A stretch of DNA of 64,000 nucleotides from Candidatus Poribacteria bacterium (lineage in GTDB: Bacteria > Poribacteria > WGA-4E > WGA-3G): contig OY282386.1 in assembly GCA_958295945.1 (NCBI GenBank), forward strand, positions 1,687,371 through 1,751,370, read 5' to 3'. The position numbers and the translations under genes are program-made. The notes beneath the pieces were generated by a model that was given only the letters and a program-made list of their open reading frames with translations, did no database searches and was not told the origin of the DNA. This document shows positions 20,677-32,500 of the stretch, one piece after another. How positions within the stretch are numbered: position 1 is the stretch's first letter; each line of letters opens with the position of its first letter.

Positions 20677-21537
20677 TTAACCCTTATAGGCATAAGCACG
20701 GTGTTGAATCCGTAAATCAAAATTATCATCTGGATCCCACGTCAACATATCGGAGGGCACTTCGTAAGCGAACTGTTCGGTGTCCGAGGAATATGGCTTA
20801 GTCCTGCGTTCATGCAATGCACGTTGATACATTTTGCAACGTTGTGTCAAAAACTCAGTCTGCCACCACTTGTAATGCGTGTTCCATCTCGGTGTCCGCT
20901 GGTCAAAATATATGACCCTGCGAAGTGTGTCACTCTCGTTGATTTTACTGCCATGTAAGACTTTCGTATGGTGCAGCAGAATATCACCAGGTGCCACTTC
21001 AGCAGGCACAGCATCCGGACGATCAAAATTCGCCACACCTTTATCAATCTGTTCCTGTGCTTCTTCAATTCCCCAAAGATGACTTTTCGGTATCACCCAG
21101 ACACAACCGTTGTCCACTGTAGAATGATCAATATAAATGTCAACGTTGAAAATCGGATGATTCTCTCTGATAGCGTTGCCATCACGGTGCCATCGGACTG
21201 AAGATCCGTGTTTCGGTAACTTGAAGACAAGCGATTCGTAGCACGGAATAAAATCGGGACCGATAATACGGTGCAGTAAGTCTCCAATGAAAGGATGACC
21301 AAGCAACCGTAGAGAAAACTCGTTCGGATGTGAATGTAGATAGGTAAGATAGTAAGGAGTCCCTTCAGGACCCCGCATGCACCATGCGTCTGCAGGACCA
21401 CCATCTAAAATCTCATCAATCAGCCGTTGACTTTCACCCTGTATAACAGCAAGTTCATCTGGGTGGATGACCTGTTTAAGAATTAGATATCCGTTATCAT
21501 TGAAAAATTGTATTTCGTCATCAGTAATTTTTTGCAT
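20677..21537 (-). CDS. Phytanoyl-CoA dioxygenase (PhyH) family Fe(II)/2-oxoglutarate oxygenase
   Basis: N-terminus QFFNDNGYLILKQVI. HxD...H facial triad context WHRDG...HSTVDNG...LHGS typical of PhyH. Confidence 0.8.
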   Translation of the reverse strand: MQKITDDEIQFFNDNGYLILKQVIHPDELAVIQGESQRLIDEILDGGPADAWCMRGPEGTPYYLTYLHSHPNEFSLRLLGHPFIGDLLHRIIGPDFIPCYESLVFKLPKHGSSVRWHRDGNAIRENHPIFNVDIYIDHSTVDNGCVWVIPKSHLWGIEEAQEQIDKGVANFDRPDAVPAEVAPGDILLHHTKVLHGSKINESDTLRRVIYFDQRTPRWNTHYKWWQTEFLTQRCKMYQRALHERRTKPYSSDTEQFAYEVPSDMLTWDPDDNFDLRIQHRAYAYKG

Positions 21538-21591
21538 AGAATTAAGTGCCTTATCAATTGAGTTTATATAACGTGAGTTTGATAAATAGTT

Positions 21592-21813
21592 ATACCATTT
21601 CTAATAGAAAACGCCGCATTTTTGTACCACAAACTGCCAGTTTGTGCAGTCCTTCAATTGTACCACAAACTGCCAGTTTGTGCAGTCCTTCAATTGTACC
21701 ACAAACTGCCAGTTTGTGCAGTCCTTCAATTGTACCACAAACTGCCAGTTTGTGCAGTCCTTCAAGACATTCTTAACAAATGCTAATGGGATAAACATTT
21801 ATAGAAATGGTAT
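21592..21813 (+). mobile_element. MITE family A copy A4 with internal 4 x 36-bp expansion
   Basis: Standard TIRs, but the central unit gtaccacaaactgccagtttgtgcagtccttcaatt (containing the ACAAACTGcCAGTTTGT palindrome) is repeated four times. It is followed by family C copy C3 (21831-21940). Confidence 0.75.
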
Positions 21814-21990
21814 TATGACTTCCACATTGCCTCTTAAAGTCCCACTGATAAGGGGGGTAGGGGGGTTAAATAGTGCAATATTTCAGTGTTTTTGGTCTTT
21901 TTAACCCCCTAAATCCCCCTTATCAAGGGGACTTTAAGAGAAACTGCGTAAGTCCTGATGTTAATAGGATGCACATTTATAGAAATCGTC

Positions 21991-22746
21991 CTATTTTCTC
22001 AATTTTATTTTTGCCCAAGTAGTCGTTAATTTATCATGTGCCTCCACAGCAAGTGCTTCATCCATGTGTTTCTTTACTTCCGCTTCAGTGAGTGCAACGC
22101 TCCACATCTTCACTTCATCAATGGAACCGTTGAAGAAATTGTTGTTTCCGCTATTTGCGCCGATGGACATGCCAACGGTTGCGAAATCCATTTTAACCAC
22201 ACCCCCCGATTCCGCTTCTCCATCTTTTTCACCATCAATATACATGATAGCTTTATCTTGATCTTGCGTTACGACGAGGTAGTACCATTGTGGTTCAAAA
22301 GCATTGTAAGTGCTTGCTACTTGAAATTCCTTAACTTTTGTAGCAAGGTAGCATCCGAAAAGAATTTCACCACGGTTGAACGTGAGATGGGGTCTACCGC
22401 CACCTTGCAGACGATACATAATATCTATCCTATTACCACCCGCTATCTTTTCCGTAGGTTTGAACCACATCTCAATCGTCATTTCTTCTGGTTCAGCAAC
22501 ATCAAAGGCAGGAACAGTAACGGCTCCGTTATTAAATTTGAGGGCTCTACCTAATATACCTTCAACCCATTCACCATTCTTGATGGTGCCTTTAAAATTA
22601 TTTTTTGATATGTCCGCAGTTTTATTTCCATTTCCTTCATCAAAAGAGAAATGGAATATAATATCTTCAGCGGGATTTGCAGCATACACAGTTGAATAGC
22701 AAAGTCCAAGTGTTATTATTGTGAATAAACAAATTACACTTTTCAT
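21991..22746 (-). CDS. Secreted LamG-like (concanavalin A-like lectin/glucanase fold) domain protein
   Basis: Signal peptide MKSVICLFTIITLGLCYSTVYA. Laminin_G_3-like hallmarks FDEGNG...GEWVEG..G.AL.F and C-terminal GSIDEVKMWSVALTEAEV. The ATG at 22746 is preferred because GGAGG lies 8 nt upstream, whereas the ORF track starts at TTG 22761. Confidence 0.65.
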   Translation of the reverse strand: MKSVICLFTIITLGLCYSTVYAANPAEDIIFHFSFDEGNGNKTADISKNNFKGTIKNGEWVEGILGRALKFNNGAVTVPAFDVAEPEEMTIEMWFKPTEKIAGGNRIDIMYRLQGGGRPHLTFNRGEILFGCYLATKVKEFQVASTYNAFEPQWYYLVVTQDQDKAIMYIDGEKDGEAESGGVVKMDFATVGMSIGANSGNNNFFNGSIDEVKMWSVALTEAEVKKHMDEALAVEAHDKLTTTWAKIKLRK

Positions 22747-22906
22747 TGTATTTTCCTCCAATATGTTAATTTGAGTAACTCTATTTTACATAATACAGCA
22801 TTTTATGTCAACATCAGAGCAGTATATGCTTTTCTATCTTGATATATACACTAATCTCTGATATAATACTCATAATGAAACTCCAATAATAGCAAGAGGA
22901 AAGATC

Positions 22907-25114
22907 ATGAAACGTTTTGAAGCAAAACAACGATCATTAAATGCATGTCTGATTGCCGCGATTGTACATCTCTGCCTCGCTATTCTACTAACCTTTTTCT
23001 ATTACAGCCATCTAAGTAATGAAATTGATGATGTTGTTGGAATAGAATTCGTAGAAATGGAAGAAACATTAAGAAAACATCGCACGATAAAAAGACCTCC
23101 AAAGAAAAATCCAACGCAAAAATCCAAAGCCATTTCTGAATACCGACCACAACATAAAGCATTATCTGCTTCTGCCAATTTATTTGATGAAACTGTGCGT
23201 CCATCAGAAAAAATACTCACACATAGTGCCACGGAAACTGTATCCAATACCACAGAACTCCCCGACGTAACAACGCAGTCAAAACACCTAAATAGTCGTG
23301 CTGCTGCAATTGCTAAATCCGTTCAAAGTCCTTATGAAATCACTTCTGGAAAAGGAAAGGAAAGCCTTAGACAACGTGTTAAAGGGGATGGTGAAAGTGG
23401 ATTCCATCGACTTGAGTCCAAAGGCGTATCTGAAATAGGCGGAATTGGTGATGGATTAGGACAAGATGGAAGTGACGGTGGAGATGGAACAGGAGATGGC
23501 GGTGGTGGGAAGAATCCTTTTGGGGATGCACTAAAACAGATCGCAGATCATATCATCAGCACACGCACAGCTGACAAGGTGAATGTCGTTTTTGTCATCG
23601 ATACGAGCGCGAGTATGCGTGACAACATACAGCAGGTCGCAGATAACCTTTATTCAATGACTGATGCGTTTGACACAATCAACCTTGAATACCATTTAGG
23701 CATGGCTGAATTCAGTGTCCGTCAAGAAGGGCAAGAGATTAGAACGCGGGCATTATTACCCGATGTCGCACTCCTGAGAAGACGGATGAAGGAAGTAAAA
23801 TTGAGTGGAGATGAAAATGCTCTTGATGCACTCTTTGATACGCTTAACTTTATTCAATTTCATGTGGATGCAGATAAACACTTGATTCTCGTCACTGATG
23901 AACCAGCTTCTACCAGCTACAGAGCAGAAGATGGAGAGGATACAATGCAAAATAAAGTGATCGATCAAGCTAAATTTGAGGAAACACGTGTCAATGTACT
24001 CGGACATCCTGAACCCTTTCAACAAAATTTAGCAGAAGTCACTGGCGGTATATGGCAAGCAATTCCAGGCAGTGAATACAATCCTGCTGCACTCCCAAGC
24101 AATCGGGCAGGAAACCAAAAGTTTTTGAAAGTATTTAGGGATATTGCGGTTGATATACGGAAATCCGGGGGCAGATCACTATTCAGTCTTGACCTAAAGT
24201 TCACAATTGACTTGGAAGATGGTGAACTTTCTGTAGATCAAATAAAGAAAGTCGTCCGAGACAAGGGGTTGGATTTCAAGCCACAACTGTTCCTATCCGA
24301 AAACATCAAAATCCTAAACAATCCCATCAGTGAGTTATGGGTTATTGCTGACCATGCGAACGGAGAAATGTTCACTGTCAACAGAGCGGACACAAAATTA
24401 TATGTCCATGAAGGGGTTTTGCCTGAACAGTGGAATTTGGATGAAGACGCAATTGCACGCACACAAAGACAAGGAAAAAGATGGGTACTCACCAATCTGG
24501 CAAAAAACCAAATCTATACTTTCATCAGAGGAAACGATCACATGCAGGTGTTTGCAGGAGGACAACCCGGTTCAGCTTCAAACCCCAATGCAGAACCCAT
24601 TGTAGATATTATGATAATGTTAGACTACAGCAGAAGTATGGGTGGAAAATCACAAGCGATCATGCTCGGATTAAGCACGCTTCTTGGAAGATTAGATATA
24701 TTTCCACTTAAGTATAGAGTCGGACTCATCAGATTCGCAGAAGCAAAAGACGCAATAAAGACTATTGATGGTGTTGTTGTGAGTCAAATGCCACTTAACG
24801 AAATCGTCATTGAAACCCTAATGGAAGACCCGTTTGGTGGGGATGAGCATCTGATTGATGCTATCGTAGAAGGTCTACCGCAGGTTAAATTTAGTCCTTA
24901 CGCCAAACGTTTCCTACTAATTTTGACAGATGAACCGACAACTGGTAAGTATCCTGCTGAACAAGCATTGAAGATCTGTAAATCCTATGGCACTATGGTG
25001 TATGTTGTAGGTCATCCACAGGAAGATGATTTTCAAACGAAACTCGCGAAAGAAACCAAAGGACTATTTTTCACTATGCCAAGACATTTGGATAAAGAAT
25101 ATCCAAAGCAATAA
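22907..25114 (+). CDS. Membrane-anchored protein with two von Willebrand factor type A (vWA) domains
   Basis: N-terminal TM helix LNACLIAAIVHLCLAILLTFFYY. vWA MIDAS-type motifs VVFVIDTSASM and IMIMLDYSRSMGG. A Gly/Asp-rich linker lies between them. Confidence 0.7.
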   Translation: MKRFEAKQRSLNACLIAAIVHLCLAILLTFFYYSHLSNEIDDVVGIEFVEMEETLRKHRTIKRPPKKNPTQKSKAISEYRPQHKALSASANLFDETVRPSEKILTHSATETVSNTTELPDVTTQSKHLNSRAAAIAKSVQSPYEITSGKGKESLRQRVKGDGESGFHRLESKGVSEIGGIGDGLGQDGSDGGDGTGDGGGGKNPFGDALKQIADHIISTRTADKVNVVFVIDTSASMRDNIQQVADNLYSMTDAFDTINLEYHLGMAEFSVRQEGQEIRTRALLPDVALLRRRMKEVKLSGDENALDALFDTLNFIQFHVDADKHLILVTDEPASTSYRAEDGEDTMQNKVIDQAKFEETRVNVLGHPEPFQQNLAEVTGGIWQAIPGSEYNPAALPSNRAGNQKFLKVFRDIAVDIRKSGGRSLFSLDLKFTIDLEDGELSVDQIKKVVRDKGLDFKPQLFLSENIKILNNPISELWVIADHANGEMFTVNRADTKLYVHEGVLPEQWNLDEDAIARTQRQGKRWVLTNLAKNQIYTFIRGNDHMQVFAGGQPGSASNPNAEPIVDIMIMLDYSRSMGGKSQAIMLGLSTLLGRLDIFPLKYRVGLIRFAEAKDAIKTIDGVVVSQMPLNEIVIETLMEDPFGGDEHLIDAIVEGLPQVKFSPYAKRFLLILTDEPTTGKYPAEQALKICKSYGTMVYVVGHPQEDDFQTKLAKETKGLFFTMPRHLDKEYPKQ

Positions 25115-25144
25115 ATCCCAAATCAGTAACATAGAAAGAGGAAT

Positions 25145-25666
25145 TTGATGGCAACATCGACAAGCACACAACAACACAGAGAGATCGCATCGGAACAGGG
25201 TCCTGTTTCTGTTGCGATTGTAACAGTCAGCGACTCACGCACACCAGAAACAGACACAAACGCTGCTTTTCTACGCGAACAACTTGAGGCAGATGGAAAC
25301 AGCATAACTGCATATCAGATCATAAAAGACGAACCTGACCAAGTGTCTGATGTCCTGGACACAATGGCAAAAACTGACGCGCAGATAATAATCTTCAACG
25401 GTGGTACTGGTATTGCACCACGCGATACAACTTTTGATGTTCTTGATCGCAAATTAGAAAAGACATTGCCGGGATTTGGTGAGCTTTTTCGCATGTTCAG
25501 TTACGACCAGGTAGGTGCTGCTGCAATGTTGTCACGCGCAACGGCAGGGGTGTATCGCGGGAAGGTTGTAATCTCAACTCCGGGGTCAAATGCCGCTGTG
25601 CGGTTGGCGTGGGAAAAACTCATCGGTCCAGAACTTGAACATTTAGCTTGGGAAGTTGGACGATAG
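25145..25666 (+). CDS. moaB: Molybdenum cofactor biosynthesis protein MoaB/MogA family
   Basis: MoaB/MogA fold signatures [10 protein letters not shown], the [13 protein letters not shown] (GGTG) motif and VISTPGS. Size 173 aa. Confidence 0.8.
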   Translation: MMATSTSTQQHREIASEQGPVSVAIVTVSDSRTPETDTNAAFLREQLEADGNSITAYQIIKDEPDQVSDVLDTMAKTDAQIIIFNGGTGIAPRDTTFDVLDRKLEKTLPGFGELFRMFSYDQVGAAAMLSRATAGVYRGKVVISTPGSNAAVRLAWEKLIGPELEHLAWEVGR

Positions 25667-25674
25667 TCTATAGG

Positions 25675-26532
25675 CTATAACATCTCACGCGTAAAGGTAT
25701 ATATTCCTCTCAACCAAGACCCATAATAGAAACCATTCGCATAACAGAAATATAACACCTTCAAACCAACAACACAAATCAAGCAGAACGATAACAACGC
25801 AAGCAGACTATAATCCAATCTCCTCATCTGTGAAGTGTGTAATGATGTCCGCTGTGTCGCAGTCTCCGGTGAAAACCCACGGCTTTCAACCGATTCACCA
25901 AGGTTTGTCGCGTGTCGTATATTTCCTGCCAATATAGGACGAAAACTATTGATGACACCACGCACAGAGGCAAATAGATTGAATCGTAGATAACGAAATC
26001 CTCTCAATCTCTGTGATCGTATAACAGCAACGGCTTCAGAGGCAATCACTGGAATGAAATGTAAAGCAGTTGTCACCATAAAAGCAAGTGCACCCGGCAC
26101 GCGCAACTGCGACAATGCCAGCAGCAGATCACGTGGTTGTGTTGTCCACACAATGTAGCACCCTATGGTAAGCGTAGTATTGAACCGTAGTGATTGAATG
26201 ATACCGTGATACAACCCCTCACGATAGATTTGGATACCACCTGTCCATTCCCCTATGAGCGGAAAATCTGCAGGAACAAGCGTAAGCAATACCGTGCGGG
26301 GAAATGCATTATAGAATATACCTTGACTGTATATCAATCCCCATGTCGTAAAGAAAAGAAATATCAGCAATAATCTAATCTGCTTTAGCGTAGGGATAGA
26401 AGATGCAACAAGGAGGATACTTGCCAGAAAGCAAACTAACAGCGCGGATGGACTGTCCAGTAAAATGACGAGACATCCGCATATCATCATGATGAGGACT
26501 TTTGTGCGGGATTCCAGTTTGAAGCATTGCAT
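25675..26532 (-). CDS. Putative ECF transporter transmembrane (T) component, EcfT/CbiQ family
   Basis: Polytopic membrane protein with the conserved C-terminal coupling motifs ...HFIPVIASEAVAVIRSQRLRGF and ...FASVRGV (Ala-x3-Arg-Gly type). It is on the same strand as the fused ECF-type ATPase at 37021-38529. Confidence 0.5.
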   Translation of the reverse strand: MQCFKLESRTKVLIMMICGCLVILLDSPSALLVCFLASILLVASSIPTLKQIRLLLIFLFFTTWGLIYSQGIFYNAFPRTVLLTLVPADFPLIGEWTGGIQIYREGLYHGIIQSLRFNTTLTIGCYIVWTTQPRDLLLALSQLRVPGALAFMVTTALHFIPVIASEAVAVIRSQRLRGFRYLRFNLFASVRGVINSFRPILAGNIRHATNLGESVESRGFSPETATQRTSLHTSQMRRLDYSLLALLSFCLICVVGLKVLYFCYANGFYYGSWLRGIYTFTREML

Positions 26533-26546
26533 TGTCAGTTAACTCT

Positions 26547-29500
26547 CTATTTCCGTATCAACATCTTGCGTGTAGCAGTGAAATCACCTGCGGTTAATGT
26601 ATAAAAGTAGATTCCGCTTGCAACGCGTTCACCTTGGGCATTTTTGCCATCCCAATGGGCTGCACGGTTGCGATGCTCATATACTCCAGCAGCCTTATGA
26701 CCAAACGACAACGTTCTTATCAATATGCCATTGACCGCATAGATGCGTACCGTTACTTCTGCAGGTTTTGCTAAGTGATACGGTATCCACGTCTCTGGGT
26801 TGAAAGGATTCGGATAGTTAGCCAAGAGTGTTGTCTTTTCTGGCAACATGGAGGCAAGCAGCTGCTCAAGTACAATGATTCCTCTTTGGAATGTTTCATC
26901 TCTGTTTGTTCGTTGCTTTGCTTCGTCAATCCATCTTTGCAAGTTCTCTGCTGTCAAAACAGCTGCAGGTGCAGTAGGTGTGTTTTCTAATGCTGCCATG
27001 ACCAATGCTAAATCATCACTGTTAACAACACCATCTCCGTTTACGTCTGGATTCGGATATGTACCTTTAGATGGGATTGTGCCGATAGTTGCAGCGACTA
27101 ACACGAGGTCTTCTACATCAACGATACCATCCGCATTCACATCTTCTGGAACATGGTTCTCTGGCAAGACGACATGTGCGATAAAGGTAAGTTGAGAATT
27201 AATACCTTCTGCAGTCACATTAACAGTGATAGTGATAGTACCAAGTTTCCATCCAAATCGAAGAAAAGTTTGTGCTCTACCGGCGGCATCGGTCGTAACG
27301 GTAGTATCAGTCAGTTCTGCATCACCATCGGTTATAGAAAATGTAACCTTCACTCCCTCTTTTGGATTCCCATTAGCATCACGATATTCCACAACGAAGG
27401 GGGCAGGGAGTGTCCTCCCCACAAGTTCTTCTTGTTTATCACCAGATATTATGAGGAATTCTGGGTGCGTAATATTGTCAAAAGATACTACAATTCCTCT
27501 TGCCTGCATAGCAGGGATGTGTGTCCGTATTGCTTCATTATTAAGTGGATTGTTTCTAATATCTAGCCCCGTGCTATCCCACTGCGTTCCTGTTAGGTTT
27601 AATGCTAACAGAGGTGACATATCTGATATGTTATTGTAGCGAAGATGCAGATGAGTCAAGTTTGTCAACGCTGATAGTGCAGAAGTATCTGATATGTTAT
27701 TGTTGAAAAGATATAGCTGAGTCAGGTTTGTTAACCCTAATAGTGCAGATATATCTGAAATGTTGTTGCGGCCAAGCCTCAGCAAAGCCAAGTTTGTCAA
27801 CTCTGACTCTGATAGTGCAGAAATATCTGATATGTTATTGTCATCAAGATACAGCCGAGTCAGGTTTGCCAATCCCGACAGCGCAGACACATCCGATATG
27901 TTGTTGCTGTCCAGATTCAACCAATCCAGTTTGGATGCATGTTCAAGGCCGGTAAGGTCTTGAATGTCGGCGTTTCGGGCATCAAGTCTGGTTAATTCCA
28001 ACAAATCTCCTGCCTTGAGTTTTGCGTTCTTCGGTTTGTTAAGGGTTTCTGCAATTTTGGTGTGGAGGTTCACGTCCGGAATATGTACAAGCATGTCCCC
28101 ATCAATAGCCGTGATCGTAAAGTTTAGCGGCTGTGGAATCTCGGTGACTGTAGCACTGACAGTGTTCTCACCGGGCTCGGGTCCCAGTGTGAGCGTTGTA
28201 GCAGCTTTGCCATTGAGACTGCTAATCGCTTTTGATGTCGAGCGATGACCACCTAAAGTTGTGAGCGTGAAATTGACCGGCACCCCCGCAAACGCAACGC
28301 CCTTCTGATCTTGGACTTGGACGATTACTTGACGTGGGGTGCCAGCGACTCCAGATGGACCTGGAATATTAATAAGCGTTGTAGGCGTTCGGGTGTCAAA
28401 CACTACATCCACACCGTGGGAACGCAGGGTTGGAATAGTGGTATAGAGTGACGGATAACTCAGCAGGTTTCCGCGTAGATGCAACGTTTTCAATTCGGTG
28501 AGTTCCACAAGAGGCTCAACCTCTGAGATTTTATTGTTTTCAAGGGACAATGTCCCTAATTGTGTGAGTTCTACCAAAGGCGCAATATCAGAGAGATTAT
28601 TGTTGTCAAGAGATAGTGTCGTCAGTTGCGTAAGTCCCGTTAGCGAATCTATATTGGATAGGTTGTTGCTATTAAGCTTCAAACTTGTTAGATTAGATGC
28701 ATGTTGCAATCCTGTGAGGTTGCTAATACCAGCGTTGTTAGCGGTAAGGGATGTCAGAGCCAACATATCTCCCATAGTAATAGGTGCATCGGTCGGTTTA
28801 CCGGATGTTTCCGCTATCTTGGCACTCAGATTAGCATCGGAAAGTGTCACGGTTGAATCAAGTGAGATACTTGTTACTGTAAACAGGACAGATTGAGAAA
28901 CGTTTGGTGCAGAAGCTTGGACGGTCATTGTGCCGCCCGTTTCTCCAAGTGTCAATCGAGTTTGTGCATTGCCAGCCTTATCAGTTTTTGCCGTTGTGGC
29001 ACTGAGTTCTCCACTGCCTTTAGTGATTGAAAATGTTACAGGAACCTCCGCGAATGGGCGATTGGACTGATCTCGGACTTGGACAACGTATGGAAGTGGT
29101 AATTCTGAATTAGTTATCGCTTGCTGCGCATCACCAGATATTTTTAGGAGTTTCGTTGGTGTGCGCTGGCTATACTGGACCTCAACCCCTTTTGCCTGCA
29201 TAGCAGGAATATGGGTGTTGATAGCAACGTAGCTAAGGGGATTGTTCCAAAGATATAGCCCCGTGCTATCCCACTCTGTTCCTATAAGGTTTAATTTCAC
29301 CAAGGGTGATACATCCGAGATGTTATTGTTGTGAAGCTGCAGTTGCGTTAGGTTTGTCAATCCTGATAGTGCAGATATATCTGATATGTTATTGTTGGCA
29401 AGAAGCAGCGAATTCAAGTTTGTCAATCCTGACAACGCAGACACATCCGAGATGTTATTGTTGTGAAGCCACAGTTGCGTTAGGTTTGTCAATCCTGATA

Positions 29501-32500
29501 GTGCAGATATATCTGATATGTTATTGTTGACAAGATCCAGCGAATTCAAGTTTGTCAATTCTGATAGCGCAGACAAATCAACCAATATCGTGTGAGAGAG
29601 GTTCAGGTATGTCAATGCGGTTAGCCCTATAAGCGGTGACAAATTCGATACTGTATTACTGTTGACAGTTCCCTCCCCCTCAATGTACTCAGCCCCAAGG
29701 TTCAAGGAACTCAGGTTGGACGCATATTCAATACCGGTAAGGTCTTGAATGTTGGCGTTTTGTGCGTCAAGTCTGGTTAATGCCAACAAATCTCCAGCAT
29801 TGAGTTTTGCGTTTTTGGGTTTGTTGAGGGTTTCCACTATTTTGGCATAGAGGTTCACATCGGGAATATGCACAAGCGTGTTCCCATCAATAGCCGTGAT
29901 CGTAAAGTTTAGCGGCTGTGGAATCTCGGTGACTGTAGCACTGACAGTGTTCTCACCGGGCTCGGGTCCCAGTGTGAGCGTTGTAGCAGCTTTGCCATTG
30001 AGACTGCTAATCGCTTTTGATGTCCAGCGATGACCACCTGAAGTTGTGAGCGTGAAATTGACCGGCACCCCCGCAAATGCAACGCCTTTCTGATCTTGGA
30101 CTTGGACGATTACTTGTAGTGTGGCACCCGCAACTCCAGGTGTTCCTGGAATGTTAATAAGTGTTGTCGGGGTTCGGGTGTCAACCACTACATCCACACC
30201 GTGGGAACGCAGGGTCGGAATAGTGGTATAGAGTGACGGATAACTCAGCAGGTTTCCGTGTAGACGCAACGTTTTCAAGTCGGTGAGTTCCACAAGAGGT
30301 GCTACATCGGATAGTTTATTGTTTTCAAGAGACAGTGTCTCTAATTGTGTGAGTTCTACCAAAGGCGCAATATTAGAGAGATTATTGTTGTCAAGTGATA
30401 ATGTCGTCAGTTGCGTAAGTCCTGTTAGCGAATCTATATTGGATAGGTTGTTGCTATTAAGCTTCAAGCTTGTTAGATTAGATGCATGTTGCAATCCCGT
30501 GAGGGTGCTAATACTGGCATTGTTAGCAGTAAGTGATGTCAACGTCAACATATCGGCTACAGTAATAGATGCGTCGGTCGGTTTACCGAGGGTTTCTATT
30601 ATCTTTGCGGTAAGGTTCGTATCGGGCAGGTGCACGAATGAAGTGGGAAGGATCGCTGTTACCGTAAATTGTATGGGCTGCGAAATCTTCACTGCTGTCA
30701 CGCGGATGGTTGTTTCCCCCTCGGTTTGTCCTAACGTAAAACGTGCTTTTGCCCTACCTTTAGCATCCGTTGTGGTGTTAGTGGTGCTGAGTTTTCCACC
30801 GCCCTTGGTAATTGAAAATGTTACAGGAACCTCCGCGAATGGGCGATTGGACTGATCTCGGACTTGGGCAACAAATGGAAGTGGTAATTTTGTATTGGTC
30901 AAGGCTTGTTGTGTGTCGCCAGATATCTTTAGGAGTTTCGTTGGTGTGCGCTGGCTATACTGGACCTCAACCCCTTTTGCCTGCATAGCAGGGATATGGG
31001 TGTTGATAGAAACGTAGCTAAGGGGATTGATCCAAAGATATAGCCCCGTGCTATCCCACTGTGTTCCTATAAGGTTTAATTTCACCAAGGGTGATACATC
31101 CGAGATGTTATTGTTGTGAAGCTGCAGTTGCGTTAGGTTTGTCAATCCTGATAGTGCAGATATATCTGATATGTTATTGTTGGCAAGAAGCAGCGAATTC
31201 AAGTTTGTCAATCCTGACAACGCAGACACATCCGAGATGTTATTGTTGTGAAGCCACAGTTGCGTTAGGTTTGTCAACTCTGATAGCACAGACACATCTG
31301 AAATGTTGTTGCTGCCAAGATCCAGCCGAGTCAGGTTTGTCAATCCTGATAGCACAGACACATCTGAAATGTTGTTGCTGCCAAGATTCAGCCGAGTCAG
31401 GTTTGTCAATCCTGATAGTGCAGATATATCTGAAATGTTGTTGTTGGCAAGATACAGCGAACTCATATTTTTGAGTTCTGATAGCACTGATATATCTGAT
31501 ATGTTATTGTTGTTGAGATTCAGCGAAGTCAGGTTTGTCAACTCTGACAACGCAGACACATCTGAAATGTTGTTGCCGGAAAGATGTAACCAATTCAGTT
31601 GTGTCAACTCTGATAGCACAGACACATCTGAAATGTTGTTGCTGCCAAGATCCAGCCGAGTCAGGTTTGTCAATCCTGATAGCGCAGAAACATCTGATAT
31701 GGTGTTGTTGTTAAGCACCAACCAAGTCAGTTGTGTTAACTCTGACAGTGGCGACACATCTGAAATATTGGTGTTCCAAAGATTCAGCGAAGTCAGGTTT
31801 GTCGACTCTGACAACGCAGACAGATCTGATATGTTATTGTTGTTGAGATTCAGCGAAGTCAGGTTTGTCAACTCTGACAACGCAGACAGATCCAATACCG
31901 TATTGCTGTTGACATATCCCTCGCCCTCAATATACTCAGTTCCAAGGTTCAACGATCTCAGATTGTGCGCGTGTTCAAGCCCGGTGAGGTCTGTTATCCC
32001 GCTATTTGGCGTATCAAGTTTCCATAAGTTTAGCATAGAGTGCGTCGTGAGAGCTTGGGTTGAAGATAGATTGAGAGCTTGCCGCACTGCCAACGCTAAA
32101 GTAGCGTCCGGAATTGAAACAACTTGGGATGGAGGAAGTAGAGAGCTGATATCAATTGGAAATACTCGGCTTGTTATAAAACTTCCAAACACATCAATTA
32201 TCTGGAGTTCTACGACGTTATTTTTGGGTGGCAAACCGGTAGTGATAAATTCAATCGTGCTGCTTTGGCCGTTTAGCAGCTTACAACCAAGCAAACCTCC
32301 TCCAAGTCCACGTGGTTCTGTTTCGGGCGTAAGCAATAAGGCTTGATGGAGCCCATCGGGATCAGTCACTTCAAAACGGAGGCGGATCGTATTGGGAGGC
32401 GCAGCGAGACTGGGTGGAAGCATCTTGATCGTTCCGGATTGATTCTTAGAAACAGTTTGGTCTGTATTAAAGGCAGGGTTCATATTCAACACTTCCGCGG

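Noticed and set aside
22036-22699. Plus-strand ORFs of 107-172 aa inside 21991-22746
   Set aside because: They are antisense to a well-supported signal-peptide plus LamG gene and have no motifs.
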